A stretch of DNA of 32,000 nucleotides from Candidatus Saccharimonadota bacterium (GCF_025273655.1 NZ_CP045921.1:1020001-1052000); one strand, 5' to 3'; counted from the stretch's first letter, positions 1-9,154 are shown. Program-made: numbers and translations. Notes: generated by a model from the sequence alone, not told the origin.

Positions 1-2315
1 CGGAATGACTTGAGTAGTACGATTCCGCTAGCTTCTTTATCACCAAAGAGCGACAGAGAATCATTGGTGGCCTTCTCTAGGTTACGGAAAGTAACAATGT
101 TGCCAAATGTCTTAATTGAATTTAGAATTCGGTTGGTTCGTGAATAGGCCTGGAGTAGCCCATGCATTCGCAAGTTCTTGTCTATCCAGAGTGTATTTAA
201 AGTTGTGGCATCAAAGCCTGTCAGGAACATGTTCACTACAATGAGCAGATCAATCTCGCGGTTCTTCATACGCAAACTGACATCTTTGTAGTAATTCTGG
301 AACTTATCGGATGATGTATCGTAGTTTGTACCGAACATTTGGTTGTAATCTTTTATCGCAGCTTCGAGGAAGTCGCGTGAGTTTTTGTCTAGACCATCTG
401 TATTGTCGGAGTTTTCGTCCTCGAGCCCATCCATTTCATCATCGACTTCATTAGCACCGTAACTGAATATCGTGGCTATCTTTAATTTCTTTAACTCTGG
501 TACATCTGCTTGTTGCTTGTTGAACTCTGTATAGTACAGCTTTGCAACATCGATAGAGCTGACGGCAAATATGGAGTTAAACCCGCTTAGTCGAATCTTT
601 TGCTTGATTTCTTCAACGGCCGAACGGTCTTTTGCCGATGCGGCTTCATGGACGCTTGCTAAAGCGGTGAATGCGTACGGCTTACTGTTGCGCTTAGTCT
701 TTTGATCAAAGTGATCACGAATATATTGTGTGACATTTGAGATGCGTTCCGGCGCAGCCAAGGCTTTTTCGCGGTCAATGTCACGTACCTGTGAGTCATC
801 GACATCGTCAGCCTCTTTTATGGTTCGGATGTAGTCAATGCGAAAAGGCAGTACGTTTTTGTCAGTGATAGCATCGACTATCGTGTACGTATGTAGCTTT
901 TCGCCAAAGGCCTGTTCGGTCGTTTTTAGATCAACACGACCACCACTAGAAGAGTTTTTAGCGAAGATAGGGGTACCCGTAAAACCAAAGAGGTGGTAGT
1001 TTTTGAAGCTGGTTGTGACTGCGTGGTGCATATCTCCGAACTGTGATCGGTGACACTCATCAAAGATGATTATGACGTGACCATCAAATACTTTGTGTCC
1101 TTCGTTCTTCTTTATGAACTTATCTAGTTTTTGAATGGTTGTGATTATGATTCTAGCATTGTCGTTTTCAAGTTGTTTGGTAAGTTTGGCAGTGCTCGTA
1201 TTGCTATTAGCCGCGCCTTTCTCAAACTTGTCATACTCCTTCATGGTTTGATAGTCGAGGTCTTTACGGTCGACAACGAATAGTACTTTATCTACGGATG
1301 ATAATTTACTGGCAAGTTGAGCTGTCTTGAAGCTAGTCAACGTTTTGCCCGATCCAGTGGTATGCCAAATGTATCCGCCAGCTTCGATGGTGCCTAGTTT
1401 TTTATAGTTCGTTGAAACTTCAACCCGATTCAATATTCGCTCAGTTGCAACGATCTGGTAGGGTCGCATTGCAAGCAGTAATCGGTCGCTGGTAAACACG
1501 CAGTATTTTGTTAGGACGTTTAAGATCGCATGTTTAGCAAAGAACGTCTGACCAAAGTCCATAAGATCAAAAATAGGCTTGTTATTTGCATCTGCCCACC
1601 AGCTCGTAAACTCAAAACTGTTGCTGGTTTTCTTTGTTCGTTTAGCACGAGTCTCACTAGCCTCTTTGATGTGCTGGAACCGTGTAGTGTTGCTGTAGTA
1701 TTTTGTGTACGTTCCGTTGCTGATAACAAATAGCTGTACATATTCGTATAGTCCACTATCCGCCCAGAAGCTATCACGCTGATAACGGTTAATCTGATTG
1801 AAGGCTTCTTGCAGAGCCACACCTCGACGCTTCAGCTCAACATGCACGAGTGGCAAGCCATTTACGAGAATCGTGACATCATAGCGGTTAGCCCGTGCAC
1901 CGTCCACTTCGTATTGGTTAATTACTTGGAGGCTATTATTGTGAATGTTTTTCTTATCTATAAGATATATATTGCGCTTGAATTGACCGTGTTCGTCGTA
2001 CAGATTCTTGACATGGTCTTCCTGAATGGTCGCCGTTTTGGTTTCAATGGTGCTGTTCGGGTTAGCAATATGTTCATAAAAAAACTGCTTCCATTCACTA
2101 TCACTAAACTGGTAGCTGTTAAGCTTCTCTAGCTGAGTACGTAGATTGTCTGTGAGGTCTGTCGAGCTGGTGATGGGTAAGTAATCATAGGCTTGAGCCT
2201 GTAATAACTCTACAAATGCTTTTTCTAAATCCGCTTCACTCTGGTAATTAGTGGCACGGGTTTTTGCAGGAGTAAATTCACCTACAACAGTGCTGTTGGA
2301 ATTTTCTGCCACCAT
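1..2315 (-). CDS. hsdR: Type I restriction endonuclease R subunit (HsdR), N-terminal ~771 codons; the 3' end lies beyond the left window edge
   Basis: Absent from the ORF track because there is no stop codon in the window. Hand translation of the reverse strand from ATG 2315-2313 stays open to base 1 (MVAENSNSTVVGEF...). Nuclease-like motif RYDVTILVNGLPLVHVELKRRG; helicase motif I GYIWHTTGSGKTLTSF; motif II IIFDECHRSQFG; motif VI LLQAYSRTNRI. It begins 11 nt after the hsdS stop on the same strand. Confidence 0.9.
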   Translation of the reverse strand, partial: MVAENSNSTVVGEFTPAKTRATNYQSEADLEKAFVELLQAQAYDYLPITSSTDLTDNLRTQLEKLNSYQFSDSEWKQFFYEHIANPNSTIETKTATIQEDHVKNLYDEHGQFKRNIYLIDKKNIHNNSLQVINQYEVDGARANRYDVTILVNGLPLVHVELKRRGVALQEAFNQINRYQRDSFWADSGLYEYVQLFVISNGTYTKYYSNTTRFQHIKEASETRAKRTKKTSNSFEFTSWWADANNKPIFDLMDFGQTFFAKHAILNVLTKYCVFTSDRLLLAMRPYQIVATERILNRVEVSTNYKKLGTIEAGGYIWHTTGSGKTLTSFKTAQLASKLSSVDKVLFVVDRKDLDYQTMKEYDKFEKGAANSNTSTAKLTKQLENDNARIIITTIQKLDKFIKKNEGHKVFDGHVIIIFDECHRSQFGDMHHAVTTSFKNYHLFGFTGTPIFAKNSSSGGRVDLKTTEQAFGEKLHTYTIVDAITDKNVLPFRIDYIRTIKEADDVDDSQVRDIDREKALAAPERISNVTQYIRDHFDQKTKRNSKPYAFTALASVHEAASAKDRSAVEEIKQKIRLSGFNSIFAVSSIDVAKLYYTEFNKQQADVPELKKLKIATIFSYGANEVDDEMDGLEDENSDNTDGLDKNSRDFLEAAIKDYNQMFGTNYDTSSDKFQNYYKDVSLRMKNREIDLLIVVNMFLTGFDATTLNTLWIDKNLRMHGLLQAYSRTNRILNSIKTFGNIVTFRNLEKATNDSLSLFGDKEASGIVLLKSF

Positions 2316-2326
2316 ACTGTACTTAT

Positions 2327-3520
2327 TCACGCTGTAGCCTCCTGAAATGTGAGTAGTTTGGTTCGGTAATAGTCGTATTGCTGACGACGTGCTTTGATTT
2401 CGGCAGGTAGGCCTTCGGTCATTCCATTAACAAGAGAATCAAAATTATCTAGAATATTCACTATCTTATCTTGCTCCTCAATAGAAGGTATAGGCACTTT
2501 TATTTTTGCCATAACATTACTCATTAGCTTCGGGTTTCCCATACCTGCGCTTACATGAGGCTTGGTCAATAACTGAAGTGCGTAAAAAAGAAAGCGCGTA
2601 CTTAAATTATCGGCTTTAACTTGGAGTAAACCGCAAACATTCGTGATACTAAACTTCTCGTTATTATGATAGAAAACGGAACCTGCGTTAGCACCGTCGG
2701 TCGTCCATGTTATAGACTCGAGGTCATAATCGTATGTTTTTATTTTTCCAAAGACTCCGTTATTGGCAGTCTGAGAAGAATACACAGGATAGTCCCCTGA
2801 ATTTTCCGTCAAATAATCCTTAGACATGACACGCCCCCGTGAAATATTGCAAACCTCTCCCAAAGTTAGCCATCTGACTCTCTCTCTCTGCTCGTCAAAC
2901 GTCAGTAGCTGATTTCGGTAGTATTCGTACTGCTTCCGTCTAGCTTCCAGCTCCGCTTCCAGCTCCGCTTCCAATTGTGTAAACTTATCCAGAATTTGTA
3001 CAATCTCTTTTTGCACTTCAATAGGGGGAATTGGAATCTTCATATCAAGCACTTTTGCCATGCTTGGATGCTGTATGCCTGATCCACGATAGAACGATTG
3101 AATTGTTCGTAGATTACTCAACATAAAGTAATAAAGATATTTATTGTCCAAATAGTTTTTGTCGAGTGATGTAGCAATACGATTATCCGCTGTAACGAAT
3201 TTTCCGTTGTAATACTGGACTGTAGCACGACCACCCCATGGAATTGATATTATCTCTCCTTCAGAGATGTTTTTGCCCGCCAATTCTTCGGTCGTATACC
3301 CATAAACTTCACCGCCCGTAGACAGTAACTTAACGTCACCACCTTCAACTGCTAGTTTTCTTAAAGCACTTGCTAGAAGATAGGAATACTTGTAAGTTTT
3401 GGGCTGTTTTTTATTATCAACGGCGTTGAATTTTTTATCCCAAGCAGTGACTTCCCAAATGTGCTTAAACTGCACTCCGTTTGGGCAAAGCTCAGCAATT
3501 AATTGATCGATTTTACCCAT
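2327..3520 (-). CDS. hsdS: Type I R-M specificity subunit (HsdS) with two target-recognition domains
   Basis: ORF 2327..3586. I place the start at the internal ATG 3520 (MGKIDQLIAELCPNGV...), which overlaps the hsdM stop as ATGGGTAA. The two variable halves are each followed by a conserved helix: ...EIVQILDKFTQLEAELEAELEARRKQYEYYRNQLLTF and ...QDKIVNILDNFDSLV...AEIKARRQQYDYYRTKLLTF. Confidence 0.9.
   Translation of the reverse strand: MGKIDQLIAELCPNGVQFKHIWEVTAWDKKFNAVDNKKQPKTYKYSYLLASALRKLAVEGGDVKLLSTGGEVYGYTTEELAGKNISEGEIISIPWGGRATVQYYNGKFVTADNRIATSLDKNYLDNKYLYYFMLSNLRTIQSFYRGSGIQHPSMAKVLDMKIPIPPIEVQKEIVQILDKFTQLEAELEAELEARRKQYEYYRNQLLTFDEQRERVRWLTLGEVCNISRGRVMSKDYLTENSGDYPVYSSQTANNGVFGKIKTYDYDLESITWTTDGANAGSVFYHNNEKFSITNVCGLLQVKADNLSTRFLFYALQLLTKPHVSAGMGNPKLMSNVMAKIKVPIPSIEEQDKIVNILDNFDSLVNGMTEGLPAEIKARRQQYDYYRTKLLTFQEATA
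2878..2889 (-). repeat. (CT)6/(AG)6 dinucleotide tract inside hsdS, just after the central helix
   Basis: The plus strand reads ctctctctctct at 2878-2889. The coding strand reads GAG CAG AGA GAG AGA GTC (EQRERV). Confidence 0.85.
2943..2973 (-). repeat. In-frame 12-bp tandem repeat (2.6 copies) in the central conserved helix of hsdS, encoding (LEAE)n
   Basis: The plus strand reads gcttccagctcc gcttccagctcc gcttcca. On the coding strand this is CAATTG GAAGCGGAGCTG GAAGCGGAGCTG GAAGCT = QLEAELEAELEA. Confidence 0.9.
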
Positions 3521-5096
3521 TCTTAGAACCCTCGATACTAGATACGATTTCATCAATCTGAGTACGTAGTATTGACTGCTTAGCAACTATCTCTTTGATA
3601 TTCGTATTGAGTTCAGCGATATTGACGAACTCCGTCATGTCCTTACCTTCAACGTAGCTGCTGACCGCAAGGTTGTAGTCATTCTCGGAAATCTCGCTAT
3701 TTGGGACAAGTCTTCCAAAATGTTCAACATCTTCGCGATTAGTGAATGCTTCAAGAATTTTATCTTGGTTAGTTTGACCGAGCTTGTTTTTGTTACCACC
3801 TCGCACAAATTCGGCCGAGGCATCGATGAATAAAGTGGAGTTATCTTTCTTGCTCTTCTTGAGAACCACAATACATGTCGAGATAGTTGTACCAAAAAAT
3901 AGATCAGGAGGTAACTGAATGACTGCATCTACAAAGTTGTTATCAACAAGATATTTACGGATCTTTGCTTCAGCACCGCCTCGGTACAACACTCCAGGGA
4001 ATTCAACAATCGCAGCCGTACCACTAGTCGAAAGCCAGTTAAGAATATGAAGCGTGAACGCTAGGTCGGCTTTGCTCTTCGGGGCAAGAACTCCTGCTGG
4101 AGAAAAACGAGGATCATTGATTAGTAATGGATTTGCATCACCCTCCCAGTTAATAGAGTAAGGTGGATTCGAGACGATGGCATCGAAGGGTTCGTCATCC
4201 CAGTGGGCTGGATCGGTCAGTGTATCTCCATGAGCTATGCTGAACTTTTCATAATTAATGTCGTGTAGATACATGTTGATACGGCAAAGGTTGTAGGTGG
4301 TGAGGTTGATCTCTTGTCCATAAAATCCTTGTCGAACATTCTCCTTACCCAATACCTTTGCGAACTTTAGCAGTAGTGAACCTGAGCCGCAGGCTGGGTC
4401 ATATACCTTGTTCACTTCTTTCTTGCCAACCACAGTGATACGAGCTAACAACTCACTGACTTCCTGAGGCGTGAAGAACTCACCACCAGACTTACCCGCC
4501 GATGACGCGTACATGGTCATGAGGTATTCATAAGCATCACCGAATGCGTCGATTGTATTGTCTTCGTAACGACCAACTTCAAGGCTTCCTATAGCATCAA
4601 GTAGTTTAACGAGGCGCTCGTTGCGCTTAGCAACTGTCTGGCCGAGCTTGCTGCTATTTACATCGAGATCATCGAAAAGACCCTTTATATCGTCTTCGCT
4701 ATCAGCACCTTTGGCAGAGTTCTCGATATTGCGGAAGATTCCCGAAAGAATTTCGTTAAGGTTATCCTCTTCTTTTGCTCTCTTGCGGACATTTTCAAAC
4801 AGCTCGCTTGGCAGTATGTAGAAGCCTTTTTCAGCTACCGTGTCCTTGCGACCAAACTCGGCGGCATCATCGCTTAGGCTGGCATAGTCAAAGTCGGCAG
4901 CACCTGTTCTGCGCTCTTCGGCATTAATGTAATTTGACAAGTTTTCGGATATAAAACGATAAAACAGTATGCCTAAAACATACTGTTTGAAGTCCCATCC
5001 ATCTACTGATCCCCTCAAGTCGTTCGCAATCTTCCAAATCGTGCTGTGTAGCCGGGCTCGTTCTTGCTCTTTTTTAGTGTCTGTTGTGGTTGTCAT
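3513..5096 (-). CDS. hsdM: Type I R-M N6-adenine DNA methyltransferase subunit (HsdM)
   Basis: ORF 3513..5108. HsdM N-terminal domain RLHSTIWKIANDLRGSVDGWDFKQYVLGILFYRFISENL; AdoMet motif VYDPACGSGSLL; catalytic motif IVSNPPYS. The start is ambiguous: ATG 5108 has GAGG 4 nt upstream, and ATG 5096 (MTTTTDTKKEQ) has TATAAT 10 nt upstream. I chose 5096. Confidence 0.9.
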   Translation of the reverse strand: MTTTTDTKKEQERARLHSTIWKIANDLRGSVDGWDFKQYVLGILFYRFISENLSNYINAEERRTGAADFDYASLSDDAAEFGRKDTVAEKGFYILPSELFENVRKRAKEEDNLNEILSGIFRNIENSAKGADSEDDIKGLFDDLDVNSSKLGQTVAKRNERLVKLLDAIGSLEVGRYEDNTIDAFGDAYEYLMTMYASSAGKSGGEFFTPQEVSELLARITVVGKKEVNKVYDPACGSGSLLLKFAKVLGKENVRQGFYGQEINLTTYNLCRINMYLHDINYEKFSIAHGDTLTDPAHWDDEPFDAIVSNPPYSINWEGDANPLLINDPRFSPAGVLAPKSKADLAFTLHILNWLSTSGTAAIVEFPGVLYRGGAEAKIRKYLVDNNFVDAVIQLPPDLFFGTTISTCIVVLKKSKKDNSTLFIDASAEFVRGGNKNKLGQTNQDKILEAFTNREDVEHFGRLVPNSEISENDYNLAVSSYVEGKDMTEFVNIAELNTNIKEIVAKQSILRTQIDEIVSSIEGSKNG

Positions 5097-5145
5097 ATTA
5101 CACAACATTATACCTCAAAAACAGATGTAATAACACTGTTAGCAG

Positions 5146-5151
5146 TATAAT
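5146..5151 (+). promoter_or_regulatory. -10-like TATAAT hexamer abutting ATG 5152 and lying 6 nt before the second ATG (5158)
   Basis: The sequence is gcagTATAATatggctATGgca with no Shine-Dalgarno. The geometry fits a leaderless start at 5158. Confidence 0.4.
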
Positions 5152-5892
5152 ATGGCTATGGCAAAAACTAAGTCAGATAATTATTGGGAACCACATGCAA
5201 GAATCCTTGAATCTATGCCTCGTTTCCAAGCTGCTGTATCTGATGTTCGTAAGCGGCTAGGTATTCCTGAAACGGGCATTCCTTATGACGAACGGGCTGA
5301 GTGGTTTGCCGATTTCTACCGCAATGCCGATGAAGATACCGCAAAGCGATACGGAGGTGCATATGGATATGAGTTGCTGCCTCCGAATAAGGAATTGCTT
5401 GACGAGCTTGATAACCTAAGGCTTGAGTTCAATCTCGATCCACGCTGGCTTCATCCGCTTTTCAATTACATATTTTCTGCCGATAAATCATTAGAACCGC
5501 CATCACAAAAAAGTGCTTGGCCGTCGCCAAGAATGAATGATGTGCGTTTACCGAAAGAGCAACAGCGAGTCACTAGCTTGAGTATTCGTATCGAAAAGGA
5601 TACCACGATCCATGATATCGAAGATATTTGGGATGATATTCGGAAGTATCAAGCGTATATGGATGCAGACATTCCATCTCGGCGTGACCCAATCCAATTA
5701 GAGACTGTTGATCGTTATCGCAACATTATTAAGCTACGTGCAGATGGACTGAAATACCAAGAGATAGCAGAAAAGTACCCAGATAAATTCAACTCGGCAG
5801 AAGATGTCAGGAGTTTTAAGAATAAGCAGGAAGCCCGATTCAAAAAGCGTACCTCGTTACGTCACCTACCGAGCCTATGGTGGCATAAATAG
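5152..5892 (+). CDS. Hypothetical protein (246 aa); the C-terminal third is helix-turn-helix-like, so it may be a phage late-operon regulator
   Basis: ORF track. I recognise no family. The C-terminus DRYRNIIKLRADGLKYQEIAEKYPDKFNSAEDVRSF looks like a sigma-region-4/HTH segment. It is the first gene of the plus-strand operon preceding the methylase and terminase. The start may be 5158. Confidence 0.5.
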   Translation: MAMAKTKSDNYWEPHARILESMPRFQAAVSDVRKRLGIPETGIPYDERAEWFADFYRNADEDTAKRYGGAYGYELLPPNKELLDELDNLRLEFNLDPRWLHPLFNYIFSADKSLEPPSQKSAWPSPRMNDVRLPKEQQRVTSLSIRIEKDTTIHDIEDIWDDIRKYQAYMDADIPSRRDPIQLETVDRYRNIIKLRADGLKYQEIAEKYPDKFNSAEDVRSFKNKQEARFKKRTSLRHLPSLWWHK

Positions 5893-5929
5893 CTTAGGGT
5901 CATGATATTTCCAGAATAAGGAGATAATC

Positions 5930-7252
5930 ATGACAAATAACAACTTAGAGGTTACATATCAAAAAGTAAAAGAATTAAACCCTGCGCCATACAATCCACG
6001 CAAGTGGAGCGAGGAAGCAATTGCCCAACTTACTAATAGCATAAAAAGCTTCGGTATAGTTGACCCGATTTTAGTGAACAGCTCAGCAAGTCGCAAGAAC
6101 GTAGTTATAGGTGGGCACTTCAGGCTCAAGGTTGCGAAAGATCTTGGCATTAAAGAAGTACCCGTTGTATATGTAGATATCCCCGATATTGAACGAGAAA
6201 AAGAACTAAACGTACGGCTTAATAAAAATCTTGGTGACTGGGATTATGAACTGTTAGTAGAGTTCGATGAATCATTACTTAGCACTATCGGCTTTGATAG
6301 TGAGGAGATTGATGCAATTTTTGACCTTGTTGTTGATGAACCTGAAACATTCGATCTCGAAAAAGAGCTGAAGAAACTGGATATCAGTAAAATCACTGTG
6401 CAAAAAGGCGATGTCTATCAGCTTGGTGATTCTCGGCTTATGTGTGGCGATTCTACAGTGGAGGCGGACTTCGACAAGCTTATGAACGGCGAACAAGCCG
6501 ATATGTGCATGACAGATCCGCCTTACATTCTCGATTACTTACATGCCAAGCGTGGCGGTAAGTCCGTTACTGGGTTCGGGGCTAAACGCAATCGTCGTTA
6601 TCTTGAAACAGACGTCCTGCCCGATAACTTTACCGAGCTTTGGATGGCAAATGTCGCCAAGTACGCCAAGCCAGACTACTCCATTATTGTGTATGAAAAT
6701 TGGAAAAATCTGCGTGTGATTTGGGCAGAGATGGAAAAATACTGGAAAGTAAAAAATATGATCGTGTGGCATTTACCCAATCGACATCAAGGCTTCGCTG
6801 CTAAATACAAGTTCTTTAGTAAACATGATATTGCGATGGTTGGAGCTTCTGGCGACGTGGAGTATAACCACGACGAAGAACCTGATGGCCTGCAAGAAGA
6901 ATATGAAACAGCATTGTATGCAATTCGTGGAAAGCCTCAGTGGGAGGGCTATGAGGGCGGTAAAAAGTACCAACCAACTGACTTTATAAGCTACATGGCT
7001 AGTGACGAAAAGCATTCTGGTCAAGGTGTCATCTTTGGCACAAAACCAATTGAGATACTCGTACCATACATCAAAGTTCTTACTAAACGTGGCGACTTGG
7101 TAGTAGAACCGTTCTGCGGCAGTGGCTCGACGCTCATTGCTAGTACAAAGTTAAAACGCCGATGCAACATCATGGAGAAAAGCCCTACCTATGCCGAAGT
7201 GGCTCTGTATCGTTGGGAGAAGCTGACTGGCCAAAAGCGAGTAAAGCTATGA
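5930..7252 (+). CDS. ParB-like nuclease (ParB/Srx) domain fused to a beta-class N6-adenine/N4-cytosine DNA methyltransferase
   Basis: AAGGAG ribosome-binding site 8 nt upstream. N-terminus NPAPYNPRKWSEEAIAQLTNSIKSFGIVDPILVN...IGGHFRLKVAKDLGIKEVPVVYV (ParBc). Motif IV MCMTDPPYILDY precedes motif I VVEPFCGSGSTLIAS, which is the beta-class order. Confidence 0.85.
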   Translation: MTNNNLEVTYQKVKELNPAPYNPRKWSEEAIAQLTNSIKSFGIVDPILVNSSASRKNVVIGGHFRLKVAKDLGIKEVPVVYVDIPDIEREKELNVRLNKNLGDWDYELLVEFDESLLSTIGFDSEEIDAIFDLVVDEPETFDLEKELKKLDISKITVQKGDVYQLGDSRLMCGDSTVEADFDKLMNGEQADMCMTDPPYILDYLHAKRGGKSVTGFGAKRNRRYLETDVLPDNFTELWMANVAKYAKPDYSIIVYENWKNLRVIWAEMEKYWKVKNMIVWHLPNRHQGFAAKYKFFSKHDIAMVGASGDVEYNHDEEPDGLQEEYETALYAIRGKPQWEGYEGGKKYQPTDFISYMASDEKHSGQGVIFGTKPIEILVPYIKVLTKRGDLVVEPFCGSGSTLIASTKLKRRCNIMEKSPTYAEVALYRWEKLTGQKRVKL

Positions 7253-7659
7253 GCCGAAACCTTGCTGTCGATAAAAAGAAGCTACTTGAGAAGCTTCGAA
7301 AAACACCAATTGTTGAAGTTGCGTGTAAGCAAACGGGCGTACCTCGCAGTACCTATTACCGCTGGCGTAAAGACGATGAAGATTTTGCAAGCGAATGCGA
7401 TGAAGCTATCGAACATAGTGCAGGCCTTATAAATGATATGGCAGAAAGCCAGTTGATATCTGCCATTAAAGACAAGAATATGTCGGCCATTTTCTTTTGG
7501 TTAAAGCACCACCACAAGTCTTATAAAACTCGCATCGAGGTAAACGCCAAGCTACAAACCATTCAACAGGAATTAACACCTGAGCAAACCGAAGTTGTAT
7601 CACGCGCGCTTCAACTTGCAGGATTAACAACCGAAGATGAAACTGATGAAACAAGATAA
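7249..7659 (+). CDS. HTH protein resembling a small terminase subunit (phBC6A51-type HTH)
   Basis: The true start is ATG 7249, overlapping the methylase stop (ATGA). MSRNLAVDKKKLLEKLRKTPIVEVACKQTGVPRSTYYRWRKDDEDFASECDEAIE. It sits immediately upstream of, and overlaps, the large terminase gene. Confidence 0.65.
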   Translation: MSRNLAVDKKKLLEKLRKTPIVEVACKQTGVPRSTYYRWRKDDEDFASECDEAIEHSAGLINDMAESQLISAIKDKNMSAIFFWLKHHHKSYKTRIEVNAKLQTIQQELTPEQTEVVSRALQLAGLTTEDETDETR

Positions 7660-9154
7660 CCTACAGAAAAAACTTTTTGCCGACCATAAGGTTCGTGCGG
7701 AAGTCACATCACAAAGCCATCAGTGGTTCTTTTCTACTTATTTTTCGAATTACTTAACTCATGCCACTGCTGACCTGCACCGTGACCTATTTTCAATCAC
7801 TGAAGACGAGTCACTGCCGCTGGCCGTCATTGTGGCATTTCGAGGTTCGGCAAAATCCACGATATTAACAATGAGCTACCCAATATGGGCAGTGGTCGGA
7901 CGACAACAAAAGAAATTCGTGCTGATAGCCAGTCAGACGCAGTACCAAGCACGAGTACATCTCACTAACATTAAGCGCGAGCTTGAAAGCAATGAGCTAC
8001 TGGCCAATGATATGGGCCCGTTCATAGAGCAACGTGAAGAATGGGGTTCGACATCACTTTACATACCAAAGTATAACGCTAGAATCACGGCAATTAGTAC
8101 CGAACAAAGTGTGCGAGGTATTCGACATGGTGCTTTTCGGCCTGATTTAATCATCGCCGATGATGTCGAAGATATGGCGTCGGTAAAAACTCGTGAAGGG
8201 CGCAATAAAACTTTTGATTGGTATACGAGTGAGATCATTCCAGCTGGCGATACCTACACGAAACGTATTGCGGTCGGCAATCTCCTTCACGAAGATTCAT
8301 TGCTTATGAGGCTTAAAGAGCGTATCGAAAACAATGAAATTGATGGCATATACCGCGAATGGCCTATTGTACGATCGGGTACAAGTTTATGGCCGGGTAA
8401 ATACCCTGACAAGGTAGCGATTAACAATCTAAGGCGCAATGTCGGCAACAAGATTGCCTGGGAACGTGAATACATGCTCCGCATAATTCCTGACGAAGAT
8501 CAGGTTATCGATGCCAAATGGATGCAGTACTATGATGAGCTACCAGAAAAGACTGAAAGCAACGAATATATCAATTCGTTCTTGTCGGTTGATCTTGCAA
8601 TATCTCAGAGCGCAACCGCTGACTATACAGCGATAATCATTATTCATGTATTTGGATTCAAGCCCGAGAATCGTCGCTACTACATTGATAAGAAGTTTAT
8701 TAATAAAAAGATAACTCACCTAGCAACGCTCGATACCATTGCTTCGTTGTATCAAGCCGTTAATGCAGATTCAAAGCAAGTACCGATAGTGCTAGTGGAG
8801 CAAGTTCAGTACCAAGCAGCAGTAATTGAACAGCTCAACGACCGTGAGATTAAGTCGAAAGGTATCAAAATCCATAATGACAAACGCGCACGGCTCCAGT
8901 TGGTGAGTTCGCTGTTTGAGCAAGGTATGGTGTATTTCCCAAAGGATCGTGCGATTGCACCAATCATACAGCAGCTCGTCGGTTTTGGCGTGGAAAAGCA
9001 TGATGATCTAGCCGATGCGGCATCGATGGGGCTGAACTATGTACAAACCAATGTGAAATGGGAAGTTGTTTTTGGATTCGGCTTTTTAGGGGGCGATGAC
9101 GACGAGATTCATCACTTCTACGGAATTAAATATTTAGACGAGAAAAAGAACTAG
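7637..9154 (+). CDS. terL: Phage terminase large subunit (ATPase + RNase H-like nuclease)
   Basis: Walker A-like VAFRGSAKSTILT; Walker B/catalytic PDLIIADDVEDM; nuclease-domain acidic motifs FLSVDLAIS and EKHDDLADAASMG. 505 aa. The start overlaps the upstream gene by 23 nt. Confidence 0.85.
   Translation: MKLMKQDNLQKKLFADHKVRAEVTSQSHQWFFSTYFSNYLTHATADLHRDLFSITEDESLPLAVIVAFRGSAKSTILTMSYPIWAVVGRQQKKFVLIASQTQYQARVHLTNIKRELESNELLANDMGPFIEQREEWGSTSLYIPKYNARITAISTEQSVRGIRHGAFRPDLIIADDVEDMASVKTREGRNKTFDWYTSEIIPAGDTYTKRIAVGNLLHEDSLLMRLKERIENNEIDGIYREWPIVRSGTSLWPGKYPDKVAINNLRRNVGNKIAWEREYMLRIIPDEDQVIDAKWMQYYDELPEKTESNEYINSFLSVDLAISQSATADYTAIIIIHVFGFKPENRRYYIDKKFINKKITHLATLDTIASLYQAVNADSKQVPIVLVEQVQYQAAVIEQLNDREIKSKGIKIHNDKRARLQLVSSLFEQGMVYFPKDRAIAPIIQQLVGFGVEKHDDLADAASMGLNYVQTNVKWEVVFGFGFLGGDDDEIHHFYGIKYLDEKKN

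Noticed and set aside
1520-2132. Three 67-107-aa ORFs listed in the track in the first 2.3 kb
   Set aside because: They are off-frame or antisense to the continuous HsdR reading frame. The track omits HsdR only because it has no stop codon in the window.
7162-7248. N-terminal extensions of track ORFs (7162, 25720, 26881, 27461, 3586, 10384, 9168, 28741)
   Set aside because: Each extension overlaps the 3' end of the preceding gene. Each has an internal ATG with a ribosome-binding site, a stop/start overlap or a signal peptide that gives a more sensible N-terminus.
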